The position numbers and the translations under genes are program-made. The notes below the pieces were generated by a model. That model saw nothing but the letters and a program-made list of their open reading frames with translations, was not told the DNA's origin and made no database searches. Shown here piece by piece: positions 9,627 through 19,597 of a stretch of DNA of 64,000 nt; position 1 is the stretch's first letter, and the number at the start of each line of letters is the position of its first letter. Source of the DNA: Myxococcota bacterium (GTDB lineage: Bacteria; Myxococcota_A; UBA796; CAJQPC01); the NCBI GenBank assembly GCA_036012755.1, contig DASCPX010000127.1, positions 1 to 64,000 of the forward strand. Direction: 5' to 3'.

Positions 9627-10037
9627 ATGGCCATGACGGGCGGCGACGACCGGGGGATGCTCTCCGAGATCAACGTCACGCCCTTCGTCGACGTCATGCT
9701 CGTGCTGTTGATCATCTTCATGGTGACGGCCCCGATGATGGTGCAGGGGGTGGAGATCGACCTGCCGAACAGCGAGGCGCCGCCGCTCACGGGCGCTGAC
9801 GACCAGGTCGTGCTCTCCATCGACGCAGACGGGAACCTCTACATCGACAAGACGTCCTATGATCCCGACGAGATGGCGAGGAAGTTGAAGGCGATTCATG
9901 AAGCCAACCCGGAGGCGGCCGTCTTCGTGAAGGCAGACGGGGCAATCCCCTACCAGCGGGTCATGGATCTCATGGCGATGGCCAAGGATGCGGGCATCGG
10001 AAAAGTGGGCCTCGTCACCCAGCCGGTCCCCGAGTGA
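9627..10037 (+). CDS. tolR: TolR (ExbD/TolR)
   Basis: SEINVTPFVDVMLVLLIIFMVTAPMM. Confidence 0.95.
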   Translation: MAMTGGDDRGMLSEINVTPFVDVMLVLLIIFMVTAPMMVQGVEIDLPNSEAPPLTGADDQVVLSIDADGNLYIDKTSYDPDEMARKLKAIHEANPEAAVFVKADGAIPYQRVMDLMAMAKDAGIGKVGLVTQPVPE

Positions 10038-10747
10038 AGTCCGCCCTGCGGCCCGAGCCGTGGAAGCCCGGCAAGGCGCTGCCCGCTTCGCTCGGTCTGC
10101 ACGTCGCCGCGGTGATCTGCATCCTCTTTGCGGCCAACTGCGCGCCGCGCTCCGGCCCGATGTTCGACCCCGACGAGGTCATGGAGGTCAGCCTGGCGGC
10201 GCTCCCAAAGGCGGAGAACATGCCACAGAAGGAGGCCATCGCGGCCCCGCCCACCAGCGAGGTGGTGAAGACGGACTCGGAGCTGGTGAAGTTCGAGCCG
10301 GACGCCCCGCCGCCCAGCGAGTTCGACGCCGCTGCGCGTCAACGCATCATCGATCGCCAGAAGGCGCTGGCCGCGCTGGGCCAGGATGACAAGGACCGGC
10401 AGAAGACCTCGGCGGAGGGCGTCGAGGGCGCCGTCGGAACCAGCAGCCGAGCGATCGGGAACCCCATCCTCGCGGCATGGATGGCCAAGGTGCGCGGCGT
10501 CGTCGTCGACAGCTTCAACCCACTGCAGGACGACCCCGACCTCGAGACGGTCATCTCCGTGAAGATCGACAGGACCGGAGCCGTCCTGGACTTCAAGGTG
10601 TCGAAGGCCAGCGGGAACCCGTCCTTCGACAACGCCGCCGCACGCGCCGTGCGCTTGACGCCGGAGGTCCCCGCGCCCCCCCCCGAGATCATGCCGAACG
10701 ACGAGGACTGGTTCCTGATCCGGTTCCGCCCAGAGGACGCCAGGTGA
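10034..10747 (+). CDS. tolA: TolA/TonB-like energy transducer
   Basis: SLGLH transmembrane motif, Pro/charged linker, C-terminal SGNPSFDNAAARAV; lies between tolR and tolB. Confidence 0.85.
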   Translation: MKSALRPEPWKPGKALPASLGLHVAAVICILFAANCAPRSGPMFDPDEVMEVSLAALPKAENMPQKEAIAAPPTSEVVKTDSELVKFEPDAPPPSEFDAAARQRIIDRQKALAALGQDDKDRQKTSAEGVEGAVGTSSRAIGNPILAAWMAKVRGVVVDSFNPLQDDPDLETVISVKIDRTGAVLDFKVSKASGNPSFDNAAARAVRLTPEVPAPPPEIMPNDEDWFLIRFRPEDAR

Positions 10748-12045
10748 AGCGCTTCGCCGCACTCCTGCTGGGCCTGCTTGCCGTCGCTGTCCTTCCCGCG
10801 CGAGCCGAAGAACAGGTCACGATCGGCTCCGGCGTCGTCGAGGTCATCAAGCCGGGGGCTCGCGACATCCCGATCGCCGTCCCTCGCCCGACAGGCGGTG
10901 ACGAGGACACCGACTTGCTGTGGAGGGTGGTGAGGAACGACCTCGAGATGTCCGGCTTCTTCGACGTCATCGATCCCGACGCGTACATCGAGGCCCCCAG
11001 CGCGGGGATCCGACTCGGAGAGTTCAGCTTCGAAGACTGGAAGGTCCCGGATCCGGTCGTGCTCGCGAAGACCTCGCTCACGGCGACCGGCGAGGGCGTC
11101 GAAGCCGAGGTCTGGGTCTACGACGTGCCAGGCACCCGCAAGCTCGGCGCGAAGCGCTTCACCGCCAAGCGCTCCTCCGGGCGCCGGATCGGCCACCGGA
11201 TCACCGACGAGATCATCCGGCTCGTGACCGGCGAGCCCGGCATCTTCACGACCCGCATCGCCGCGGTCACGAGCGCCAGCGGCAACAAGGAGATCGCGCT
11301 GTTGGACGTCGACGGTCAGGGCCTCACGTCCATCACCAACAACGGCTCGATCAACCTGCAGCCGTCGTGGTCGCCCGAGGGAACGCGGATCTCCTTCACG
11401 AGCTACCGCAGCGGCAACCCCGACCTCTTCCTCGCCGATCTGGCGAAGGGGACGGTGAAGCGCATCTCCAGCAGACGCGGCGTCAACATCGGCGCGGCCT
11501 GGCACCCAGCCGGGGACAAGCTCGCCCTCACGCTCACCAGCGGCGGTGACACCGACATCTTCGGCATCTCGGACACCGGCGCGTCGATCGGGCAGCTCAC
11601 CCGCGCACCCGGCATCGACGTCGCGCCGACCTTCAGCCCTGACGGGACCCAGATCGCCTTCGCCAGCGAGCGCAGCGGGGGGCTGCAGATCTACGTCATG
11701 GGAGTCGAGGGTGGAGAGGCGCGGCGGGTGACCTTCCAGGGCAACCACAACACGGACCCGGCCTGGTCACCGGATGGAGACCGCATCGCGTTCGTGGGTC
11801 GCGACGGCCACTACGACGTCTTCACCGTCGGAGTCGACGGCAAGTCGATGGAGCGGGTGACCCAGGACCAGGGCAACAACGAGGATCCCACCTGGTCTCC
11901 GGACGGCCGCTACCTCGCCCTCGCGTCGACGCGGACGGGTCGCAGCCAGATCTGGATGAGCACCGCGGACGGGCGGCACCAGGTGCCGGTCACCTCGACC
12001 GGTGGCTGGAGCAACCCCAGCTGGTCCCCCCGGACCAGCTGGTGA
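10744..12045 (+). CDS. tolB: TolB (Tol-Pal beta-propeller)
   Basis: Signal peptide, TolB N-domain (NDLEMSGFF, TGEPGIFTTRIA), PD40 repeats (PSWSPEG, PTFSPDG, PAWSPDG); GTG 10744 overlaps tolA stop. Confidence 0.95.
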   Translation: MKRFAALLLGLLAVAVLPARAEEQVTIGSGVVEVIKPGARDIPIAVPRPTGGDEDTDLLWRVVRNDLEMSGFFDVIDPDAYIEAPSAGIRLGEFSFEDWKVPDPVVLAKTSLTATGEGVEAEVWVYDVPGTRKLGAKRFTAKRSSGRRIGHRITDEIIRLVTGEPGIFTTRIAAVTSASGNKEIALLDVDGQGLTSITNNGSINLQPSWSPEGTRISFTSYRSGNPDLFLADLAKGTVKRISSRRGVNIGAAWHPAGDKLALTLTSGGDTDIFGISDTGASIGQLTRAPGIDVAPTFSPDGTQIAFASERSGGLQIYVMGVEGGEARRVTFQGNHNTDPAWSPDGDRIAFVGRDGHYDVFTVGVDGKSMERVTQDQGNNEDPTWSPDGRYLALASTRTGRSQIWMSTADGRHQVPVTSTGGWSNPSWSPRTSW

Positions 12046-12384
12046 GGGCGGCGCCGTCCGCCAGAAAGAAGGGTGGTGCCCCGCGGACCGGGCCGCCCAC
12101 ATCCTGGAGTGTCTTTCCCGCGCCCCGACGGACCACGCGCCGGCGAGCATGATCAACGTCGCGGGCACTGCGACGACGCTCGCCGCGATCCCGGCCGGCC
12201 TCGCCCGGTACGCAGCGTGACGCGGATCAGTGACCCCGGCTGGCGCTACGGACTGCTGCTGTAAGTGTTCCAACGCTGGCCACGCCTGCCTTTGCGGTTT
12301 CCGAGACGGCGATAGGCAGCTAAGATGGGCGGCCACCCCCTGCGCGTATTGCGCCCTCTGAAGAACGGGCGCTGGAGGAACGAG

Positions 12385-15021
12385 ATGATCAGGCTGATCA
12401 CTATCGCTCTTGCCCTCATTGCCTTGGTCGCCTGCAACGGCGACAAGGACACCAACGCAGGCAATCTGGACAGCATGGCCAACGACGACTCCGGAGGCGG
12501 TGTCGACTACGACGGCGACGGCTACGTCGCATCGGAGGACTGCGACGACAACGACGTCTCGGTCAACCCGGGCGCGACGGAGATCTGCGACGGCAACGAC
12601 AACAACTGCAACGACGAGATCGACGAAGGCGTCACCACGACCTTCTACCAGGACTCCGACGCCGACGGCTTCGGCGACCCCGACAGCAGCATCGACGCCT
12701 GCGAGAAGCCGGCCGGCTACGTCCCCAACGGCAGCGACTGCGACGACGGCGAGGCGAACAGCTACCCCGGCAACACAGAGGTCTGCGACGAGATCGACAA
12801 CAACTGTGACGGCGACATCGACGAAGGCGTGACCACCACCTACTACGCCGACGGCGACCTCGATGGCTTCGGCGACCCCGACGCCTCGGACGACGCCTGC
12901 ACGCAGCCTGCCGGGTATGTCACGAACGACCTCGACTGTGACGACACCAACGCCTTCGCGTGGCCAGGCAACACAGAGGTCTGCGACGAAGCGGACAACG
13001 ACTGCAACGGCGAAGTCGACGAGGGCGTGACCACGACCTACTACGTCGACATCGACGGCGACGACTACGGCGACTCCGACCTCCCCACAGAGGCCTGCTC
13101 GCTGCCCACCGGCTACGCCGAGGTCGGAGGGGACTGCGACGACAACGAGCCCTCCGCGAACCCAGGCGAGACAGAGGTCTGCGACACGATCGACAACGAC
13201 TGTGACGGTGACATCGACGAGGCGGACGCGGCTGACGCCCTGACCTGGTACGCCGACACCGACGGCGACGGCTTCGGCGACGCCAGCAGCATCCAGATGG
13301 GCTGCACGGAGCCCGCCGGCTACGTCAGCGACGACACCGACTGCGACGACACCGACGGGGACACCTACCCGGGCGCTGACGAGTACTGCGACGGTCACGA
13401 CGACGACTGCGACGGTGACATCGACGAGGACAGCGCGGTCGACGCCACGACCTGGTACCGCGACGCCGACAACGACGGCTACGGTGACTCCGCCGTCAGC
13501 GACGTCGAGTGCTACCAGCCCAGCGGCTACGTCAACGACGCCACCGACTGCGACGATCTCGACTCCACCAGCTACCCCGGCGGCACCGAGGTGTGCGACG
13601 GCGCCGACAACGACTGCAACGGGACGGTCGACGACAACCCGACCGACGGCGACACCTACTACGCCGACAGCGACGGCGACGGCACAGGAGACCCCTCCAC
13701 CACCGCCGTGGCCTGCTCCACCCCCTCCGGGTACACAGACAACGACTGGGACTGTGACGACACCGACAGCGCCGAGCCCGTCGTCGCCGATGTCATCAGC
13801 GGCTCCAGCTCCGGCACCGGCTCCTACGGCGACCCGCTCGACACGCTCCAGGATGCGATCGATCGCGCCGGCACCTGCGTCATCGCCCTCCAGGGGACCT
13901 ACAACGAGGAGATCGACCTCTCCGGCGTGAGCATCACCGTCACCGGAGTCGAGGGCAGGAGCGTCACCTGGATCGACCCCAACTTCAGCGTGTGCAGCGC
14001 CGCGACGCTCGCCAGCGGGACCTGCTCGACCTACGGCCCCGCAGTGACCGTCGCTGGCGGCACCAGCGCGACCCCGACGCTGTCCGGCTTCACTATCACC
14101 GGCGGCACGGGCACGGCGACGACGACGAGCACGAGCACGACCTGTGCGGACTCGTCTTCCAGCTACGCCTCGGGCAACACGTGCACGGTCGAGATCTACG
14201 AGTTCTTCGGCGGCGGCGTCTACGTCGACGGTGACGACCCGATTTTTGACGACGTGGCGATCGAGGACAACCTCCTGCCCGAGTACGAGCAGTACAAGGT
14301 CCCCGGCGGGGACTTCCACCAGGTGTGGACCTACAGCTACGGCGGCGGCATCTATGTCGTCGATGGGTCGATCACGATCACGGGCTCCGACCTGACAGAG
14401 AACTTCGCCGATCAGGGCGGCGGGCTCTTCGTCGGCAGCGGCGGCACCGCGGACATCGACACCTCCAACGTCCTCGGAAACGAGGCCTCCGACGGCGCGG
14501 GCATCAACCTCGACGAGGGGGACGCCAACCTCGCCAACGCCGTGGTCGCGTTCAACGACGCGGACACCGACGGAGGAGGCATCTACCAGCAGACCAGTGG
14601 AACGCTGACCCTGACGAACGTCACGACGGCTGGCAACAGCTCCAGCACGAGCGGCAGCGCCCGCGGAGACGCCATCTACACGAGCTCTGGGACCACGGCA
14701 TACGCCTACAACTCCATCCTGCAGGGGGACAGCAGCAACGCCGTCGCCTACAGCGCCGGCACCGCCACCGGGACCTATGACGACTGGTACAACGCCAGCA
14801 GCGGGACGACGAGTTCTGGATGGACCAGCGGTACCGGCGATCTGTCGACCAACCCGAAGTTCAACAACTACAGCAACGACGGGAACATCAACAACGACGA
14901 CCTGTCGCTGAAGTCGACCTCTCCCTGCATAGACGCGGGCGACCCCTCCTCGTCCTCCAACGACGCAGACGGCACCACGAACGACATGGGCGCCTGGGGC
15001 GGCCCGGGATCAGACTGGTAG
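12385..15021 (+). CDS. Acidic surface lipoprotein with MopE-type putative metal-binding repeats and C-terminal beta-helix
   Basis: GGAGG RBS; lipobox LVAC; six complete DxDGDG..DCDD..PG..E.CD..DNDCDG.IDE repeats plus one partial; GGGIY beta-helix repeats; SPCIDAGDP..DMGAWGGP end. Confidence 0.88.
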   Translation: MIRLITIALALIALVACNGDKDTNAGNLDSMANDDSGGGVDYDGDGYVASEDCDDNDVSVNPGATEICDGNDNNCNDEIDEGVTTTFYQDSDADGFGDPDSSIDACEKPAGYVPNGSDCDDGEANSYPGNTEVCDEIDNNCDGDIDEGVTTTYYADGDLDGFGDPDASDDACTQPAGYVTNDLDCDDTNAFAWPGNTEVCDEADNDCNGEVDEGVTTTYYVDIDGDDYGDSDLPTEACSLPTGYAEVGGDCDDNEPSANPGETEVCDTIDNDCDGDIDEADAADALTWYADTDGDGFGDASSIQMGCTEPAGYVSDDTDCDDTDGDTYPGADEYCDGHDDDCDGDIDEDSAVDATTWYRDADNDGYGDSAVSDVECYQPSGYVNDATDCDDLDSTSYPGGTEVCDGADNDCNGTVDDNPTDGDTYYADSDGDGTGDPSTTAVACSTPSGYTDNDWDCDDTDSAEPVVADVISGSSSGTGSYGDPLDTLQDAIDRAGTCVIALQGTYNEEIDLSGVSITVTGVEGRSVTWIDPNFSVCSAATLASGTCSTYGPAVTVAGGTSATPTLSGFTITGGTGTATTTSTSTTCADSSSSYASGNTCTVEIYEFFGGGVYVDGDDPIFDDVAIEDNLLPEYEQYKVPGGDFHQVWTYSYGGGIYVVDGSITITGSDLTENFADQGGGLFVGSGGTADIDTSNVLGNEASDGAGINLDEGDANLANAVVAFNDADTDGGGIYQQTSGTLTLTNVTTAGNSSSTSGSARGDAIYTSSGTTAYAYNSILQGDSSNAVAYSAGTATGTYDDWYNASSGTTSSGWTSGTGDLSTNPKFNNYSNDGNINNDDLSLKSTSPCIDAGDPSSSSNDADGTTNDMGAWGGPGSDW

Positions 15022-15024
15022 CGC

Positions 15025-16674
15025 TCAGGGACAGCTGAGGCTGGTCCCGTCGAGGGTCCAGAGGGTGAGCGCGTTGTCGCCGCCCTCGTCGCGTGAAGCG
15101 GGCGGGCCGAGTCGGTTGAGCAGAGCACGCTCGAGCCGAGGGTAGTCGCTGCGCGTCCCGGTCGCGCTCGGCCTCACGTAGGCCTGTTGTCGCACGAGCA
15201 CGTATCGGTAGCCGAGGTCGATCAACGCGCTGCGGCCACTGAGCTCCTCGCCGCCGCGCAGGAAGTCCCCAGCACCGAGCGCCACGAGCTCCTCGGCGAA
15301 GCCGTTCGTTCGCAGCAGCGCGTCCACCTCCTTCGAGCCGAAGCTCGGCTTCCTGGAGAGCATGCCGCCCAGCTGGGGCTTTCCGTGTCCCACCTGCTGC
15401 CAGAGGTGACGCTGGTCCTTTGCCAGGGGCAGATCGATGACGGCGCCCTCCGGAGCGCCCGCGAGGCAGTCGCTGGTCCCCGTGAAGGCCGCCTCCCAGG
15501 ATGACAGGGGCGCGTGACCGAGCGGCCAGGCGAGCGCAAGGACGATGCCCAGGCCGAGCTGGCGGCGTGGCCAGGCCCTCGACAAGCGCGCGATGGCAGC
15601 AGCGGCCAGCACGGCCACGGCGAGGTGGACCACGACCGTCCCCCGCATGGGCCACCACCATCGCCGGAGGAGGCCGACCTCGACCGCGACACCCTCGTAC
15701 AGCCCGGTCTGTGGCCCAGCCCCGACGATGAGGCCCACGACGACCAACACCAGCAAGGGGAGACTTCGGCGCCGAAGCGCCACCACTCCGGCGACAGCGG
15801 CCAGCAGCTGCACCGGTCCCAGCAGGCGCGCCCCCACCAGGAAGCCACCAGAGGAGAGCACACCAGCCTGTCCGAGGAAGTCCGTCACGAACAGCGACTG
15901 GCTGTCGCCCTCGACGGTCTGGAAGAGCAGCCGACCCTGCTCGACGGCGAGCAGACCCGGCACGGAGCCCTCGCCGAGCCCAGCCAGCATCGGCACCGCC
16001 GCCGGCGCGACCATGAGCCCGCACGTGACACCCGCGAGCGCCCACGCGACGAGCGTCTGCCGGCGGCCCGGTTCCAGGAGCGCGATGGGCAGCAGGAGCA
16101 CGGCGCAGGTCCCCGCGACGACTCCCGCGTACCAGTAGGTCCAGCCAGCGAGCCCAAGCCAGAGGCCAGCGGCGAGCCCCCGCCGCTCCAGGAGCGCAGC
16201 GAAGGCCAACGCGATGAAGGCTGCGAGAGCCTGAGTGGGACGGCCCTGCTCGAGCTCGACCAGGAAGTAGGGAGACAGGGAGAACAGCACCGCTGCGATG
16301 CCCTGCCCGACCCGCCCGATGCGAAAAGCCGAGGCCAGTCGGCCCCCGGCGAAGGCGTTCAGCGCAAAGACCCCCAGCACGAAGAGGTTGTAGCCGAGGA
16401 TGGGCCCGAAGACGGCACGGAGGGGCCACGCCAGGAGCGCGTCGACGAGGTTCCCGCCCGTGTGGAGGAAGACCTCTTTGCCCCAGGGGTAGAAGAGCAT
16501 GTCCGTATGGACCAGGCCGCTCCGGCCTTCGAGGACCCAGCCCGGCAGCGCGTAGAACCACTGGGTGCCCATGCCGTCCAGGAAGGCATCACCTGCCATC
16601 GACTCATGGGGGGCCAGCCAGACCCGACCAAGGACCAGCACGCCCACGAGCAGTCCGAGCCCGGCGTTCTTCAC
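15025..16674 (-). CDS. Polytopic membrane protein, GT-C/YfhO-like
   Basis: HTDMLFYPWG, GYNLFVL, FSLSPY, WYAG, WWWPMR, GAVIDLP..QQVGHGKP motifs; many TM segments; start GTG 16674 inferred. Confidence 0.65.
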   Translation of the reverse strand: MKNAGLGLLVGVLVLGRVWLAPHESMAGDAFLDGMGTQWFYALPGWVLEGRSGLVHTDMLFYPWGKEVFLHTGGNLVDALLAWPLRAVFGPILGYNLFVLGVFALNAFAGGRLASAFRIGRVGQGIAAVLFSLSPYFLVELEQGRPTQALAAFIALAFAALLERRGLAAGLWLGLAGWTYWYAGVVAGTCAVLLLPIALLEPGRRQTLVAWALAGVTCGLMVAPAAVPMLAGLGEGSVPGLLAVEQGRLLFQTVEGDSQSLFVTDFLGQAGVLSSGGFLVGARLLGPVQLLAAVAGVVALRRRSLPLLVLVVVGLIVGAGPQTGLYEGVAVEVGLLRRWWWPMRGTVVVHLAVAVLAAAAIARLSRAWPRRQLGLGIVLALAWPLGHAPLSSWEAAFTGTSDCLAGAPEGAVIDLPLAKDQRHLWQQVGHGKPQLGGMLSRKPSFGSKEVDALLRTNGFAEELVALGAGDFLRGGEELSGRSALIDLGYRYVLVRQQAYVRPSATGTRSDYPRLERALLNRLGPPASRDEGGDNALTLWTLDGTSLSCP

Positions 16675-16693
16675 TGCTGTTCGCTCGCCGCGG

Positions 16694-19597
16694 TCACAGC
16701 GTCCCAAGGCTCAAATGGAGTCTGGCCGGAACCTCGCCACGAGGCTGGGCCCAGTCCTCCTGAAAGTAGACCGGGTTGACCCCGACGTCGAGCCGCAGGG
16801 GACCCAGAGGGGTGGCCTGGCGCAGGCCCACGCCCACGCCGTAGCGCAAGAGCGGCTCGGGATCGATGGCCTCGCTCGTGGCGAAGACCTCTGGGTCGAG
16901 GAAGTAGACGTTCCCCACATCGACGAAGGTCACCAGCGCTGTGGACTCGAGACGCTCGGCGCCGACGAGGGAGAGCGGAACGATGAGCTCTGCGGAGCCA
17001 CGGACCAGCGCCTCACCGCCGGTAGGCACCCAGCGCTCGCTGCGGTCCCTAGCGGCGAGATCGACGAGCGGGGAGACGCCGTCCGGGAGCCCGAGATCGA
17101 GGTCGGCGACGCGCATCTTCGGCCCCACCGAGTCGACCGGGTAGCCCCGGAGACTGCCCGCTCCGCCGAGCCGGAAGCGCTCTTCCAGCGGCAGGGTCGT
17201 GCCTCGTCCGGGCGCCATGCCCACGCCGAGCTCGCCCCCGAGACCCACCCGCAACGGACCGACAGGTACCAGCGCCTCGCCTTGGGCGAGCCCCCGAAAC
17301 ATCCACCCGTCGATGCTGGTCAGGGGCTCGACCAGGTCGATCTCCACGCTCGCAACGACCCCCCGCGAGGGGTCGAAGGGATCGTCGCGCCGGTCCAGCA
17401 GGGCCTCTACCGACAGCGCCCCGCGCCGCCGGGTGGCCTTGCCGTCGAGCCAGGGATCCCCGGGGACGAGCGCCCCCGGATCGACATCCTCCATGCGACG
17501 GAGCTGTACACCGTAGCTCCCATTGAGCCGGAGCTCGCCGAGCTCGTACTGCGTGCCTGTCCCGACGCCGCTGCGGGCCAGCCGGAACGTCGGCTCCTGC
17601 TCCCGCTGGTTGGCGAGGAGCTCGATCCAGCTGAGCTGCCCCAGCGTTGGCGTGTGCGGCGCGTCGTAGCGGAGACCCGCCCGCCACTCCAGGGCGGTTG
17701 GATCCAGCGCCCACCCAGTGGAGCCGTAGCCCAACCCGACCTGCCCCAGCAAGCTGACGCGATGGGCGACTCCGAACAGGTTCCGGCGGCTGACGCTGCC
17801 GTATGTGCGGACGCCCTCGTCTGTCGCGACGCCCGCGCCGAGCTCGACCGACCAGCTCGGCTTCTCGTCCAGGCTCACGACCAGGTCGCGAACGTGGGCG
17901 CCCTCACCCTGCAGCGAGAGATCCACGGAGCGGAAGCTGTCGAGGTCATAGAGGTTCGACCGCGCACCATCGAGACGATCAGGCGTGACGAACTCGCCGG
18001 TCTGGAGCGGGATCTCCCGCATCACGACGCCGGTGCGAACGCGACGATTGCCGCGCACGATGACATTGCGAAGCACGAGGCGTTCACCTGAGTCCACCTC
18101 GACCACGACATGCGCCCGGCCGTCCTCGATGTGGGTCCGCGCGCGGGCATCGACGGTGGCAAAGCCAGCGTCGCGGTGAACGGTCATGGCGTGCTGGACG
18201 AGCTGCTGCACGGAGAGAGGGCGATAGGGCTGCCCTTCGAGCTCCGCCGCCAGCGCGAGCAGGGCCGCCTCCAGGGACGGCGCGGCTCCGCTGACCCGAC
18301 ACTCGACGAGCTCCGTCCGGGTGCCCTCGTCGACGTTCATGACGACGGAAAGCCGAGTGCCTTCCTTCTGGATCGGACCCGGAGAGACCTCGGCATCGAG
18401 AAACCCCTCGGCCGCGTAGGTGGCCTCGAGGGCGTCCACCGCCTGCGCGAGACCGTTGTCCGACAACCGACCACGCCCGAGGACGTCAGGGCTTGCCTCC
18501 ACCGCTGCCGCGGCGAGCCAGTCGGAGTCGAAGTTGCTGTTGCCCACAAAAGCGAGACCGCCCCTGGCGAGCCGATAGCGGGGCCCGGCGACCGTGTTGG
18601 AGTGCACCACCAGTCCACCACCGGGCTCGACGGTGTTCACCGACTCCGCGTCCAGGTAGCCCTCGTCCTGCAGCGCACGCGTGACTCGCGCTTCCAACAC
18701 AGGGGCCAGCGAAGCGTCGATGCGTCCCTCTCCCTCGAGCCGGAGCCAGGGCCGAAGCCGCCGGGCGCTCACGTCGCCTCGCGCCTCGATGCGCAGTCGC
18801 GGTCCAGCCGAGACCACGAAGGTCACCAGCGTTCCGCGCCGCTCGCCCTCTGGCAGCACCGCGCCGACGCGGGCTTCGAGGTAGCCCGCCTCCACCAGGA
18901 CGGCTTCGACGGCATCTCGAGCCGCGCGAACGTCCCGCGCCCGCAGCGGCTCCCCCTCCGCCAGGCCCGCCCGACGGGCCGCCAGGCGCAGCCGCGCCGG
19001 AGAGACGGGACTCTCCGTGAACACGATCTCCTCGAGCACGACAGGCTGGCCCTCGACGAGCTCGACGAGGAGATCGACGCGGCCATCGTCGAGCTCGATC
19101 ACCCGGACCTCGGCGCTGGTCTCGTCGAGCCCGGCCTCTGCAGCGAGGCCAAGGACCCGGATCGTGACGCGGATCTCGACATTCGCCGGCACGTGGTCTC
19201 CGCGCACCAGCCCCGTCGCCGCGGAGACCTCCCGACGAGCCAGGCGTCGGGCGCCCGAAACCCGGACCCTCCTCAGCGTGGGCGCGGGGGTCACTCGATA
19301 GACGACGAGCACGGCTGGGTGGCTGCGCCCCGCTTCATCGACCCTGAACCACGGCTCCACGTCGACCGCCGCACCCTCGAAGGCGCCCGTGGAGTAGAGC
19401 ACCGCGAGATCGGACCGCAGGTCCTCTCGGCGCAGCGTCTCGCCTGCACGGACTGTCAACAGCGGCAGGAGGCTCTCCCGTGGCAGCTCCCCCCGGGCCG
19501 CCTCGACCTGCACCTGCGCAACGGGGAGGTCGAGGTACCACGTCCCCTCCGAGGCGCCCGCCAGGCCCAGCCAGAGAGCGATCAGTCCGCTTCCCAC
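16694..19597 (-). CDS. Omp85 family (TamA/BamA-like) with multiple POTRA domains
   Basis: POTRA motifs (GYLEARV, GFLDAEV, LYDLDSFRSV); barrel ERFRLGGAGSLRGY, FVDVGNVY, TPLGPLRLDVG. Confidence 0.92.
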   Translation of the reverse strand: MGSGLIALWLGLAGASEGTWYLDLPVAQVQVEAARGELPRESLLPLLTVRAGETLRREDLRSDLAVLYSTGAFEGAAVDVEPWFRVDEAGRSHPAVLVVYRVTPAPTLRRVRVSGARRLARREVSAATGLVRGDHVPANVEIRVTIRVLGLAAEAGLDETSAEVRVIELDDGRVDLLVELVEGQPVVLEEIVFTESPVSPARLRLAARRAGLAEGEPLRARDVRAARDAVEAVLVEAGYLEARVGAVLPEGERRGTLVTFVVSAGPRLRIEARGDVSARRLRPWLRLEGEGRIDASLAPVLEARVTRALQDEGYLDAESVNTVEPGGGLVVHSNTVAGPRYRLARGGLAFVGNSNFDSDWLAAAAVEASPDVLGRGRLSDNGLAQAVDALEATYAAEGFLDAEVSPGPIQKEGTRLSVVMNVDEGTRTELVECRVSGAAPSLEAALLALAAELEGQPYRPLSVQQLVQHAMTVHRDAGFATVDARARTHIEDGRAHVVVEVDSGERLVLRNVIVRGNRRVRTGVVMREIPLQTGEFVTPDRLDGARSNLYDLDSFRSVDLSLQGEGAHVRDLVVSLDEKPSWSVELGAGVATDEGVRTYGSVSRRNLFGVAHRVSLLGQVGLGYGSTGWALDPTALEWRAGLRYDAPHTPTLGQLSWIELLANQREQEPTFRLARSGVGTGTQYELGELRLNGSYGVQLRRMEDVDPGALVPGDPWLDGKATRRRGALSVEALLDRRDDPFDPSRGVVASVEIDLVEPLTSIDGWMFRGLAQGEALVPVGPLRVGLGGELGVGMAPGRGTTLPLEERFRLGGAGSLRGYPVDSVGPKMRVADLDLGLPDGVSPLVDLAARDRSERWVPTGGEALVRGSAELIVPLSLVGAERLESTALVTFVDVGNVYFLDPEVFATSEAIDPEPLLRYGVGVGLRQATPLGPLRLDVGVNPVYFQEDWAQPRGEVPARLHLSLGTL

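Noticed and set aside
12046..12384. ncRNA, riboswitch or small ORF in the gap after tolB
   Set aside because: No recognisable RNA family motif, and the small ORFs lack RBS or protein-like features.
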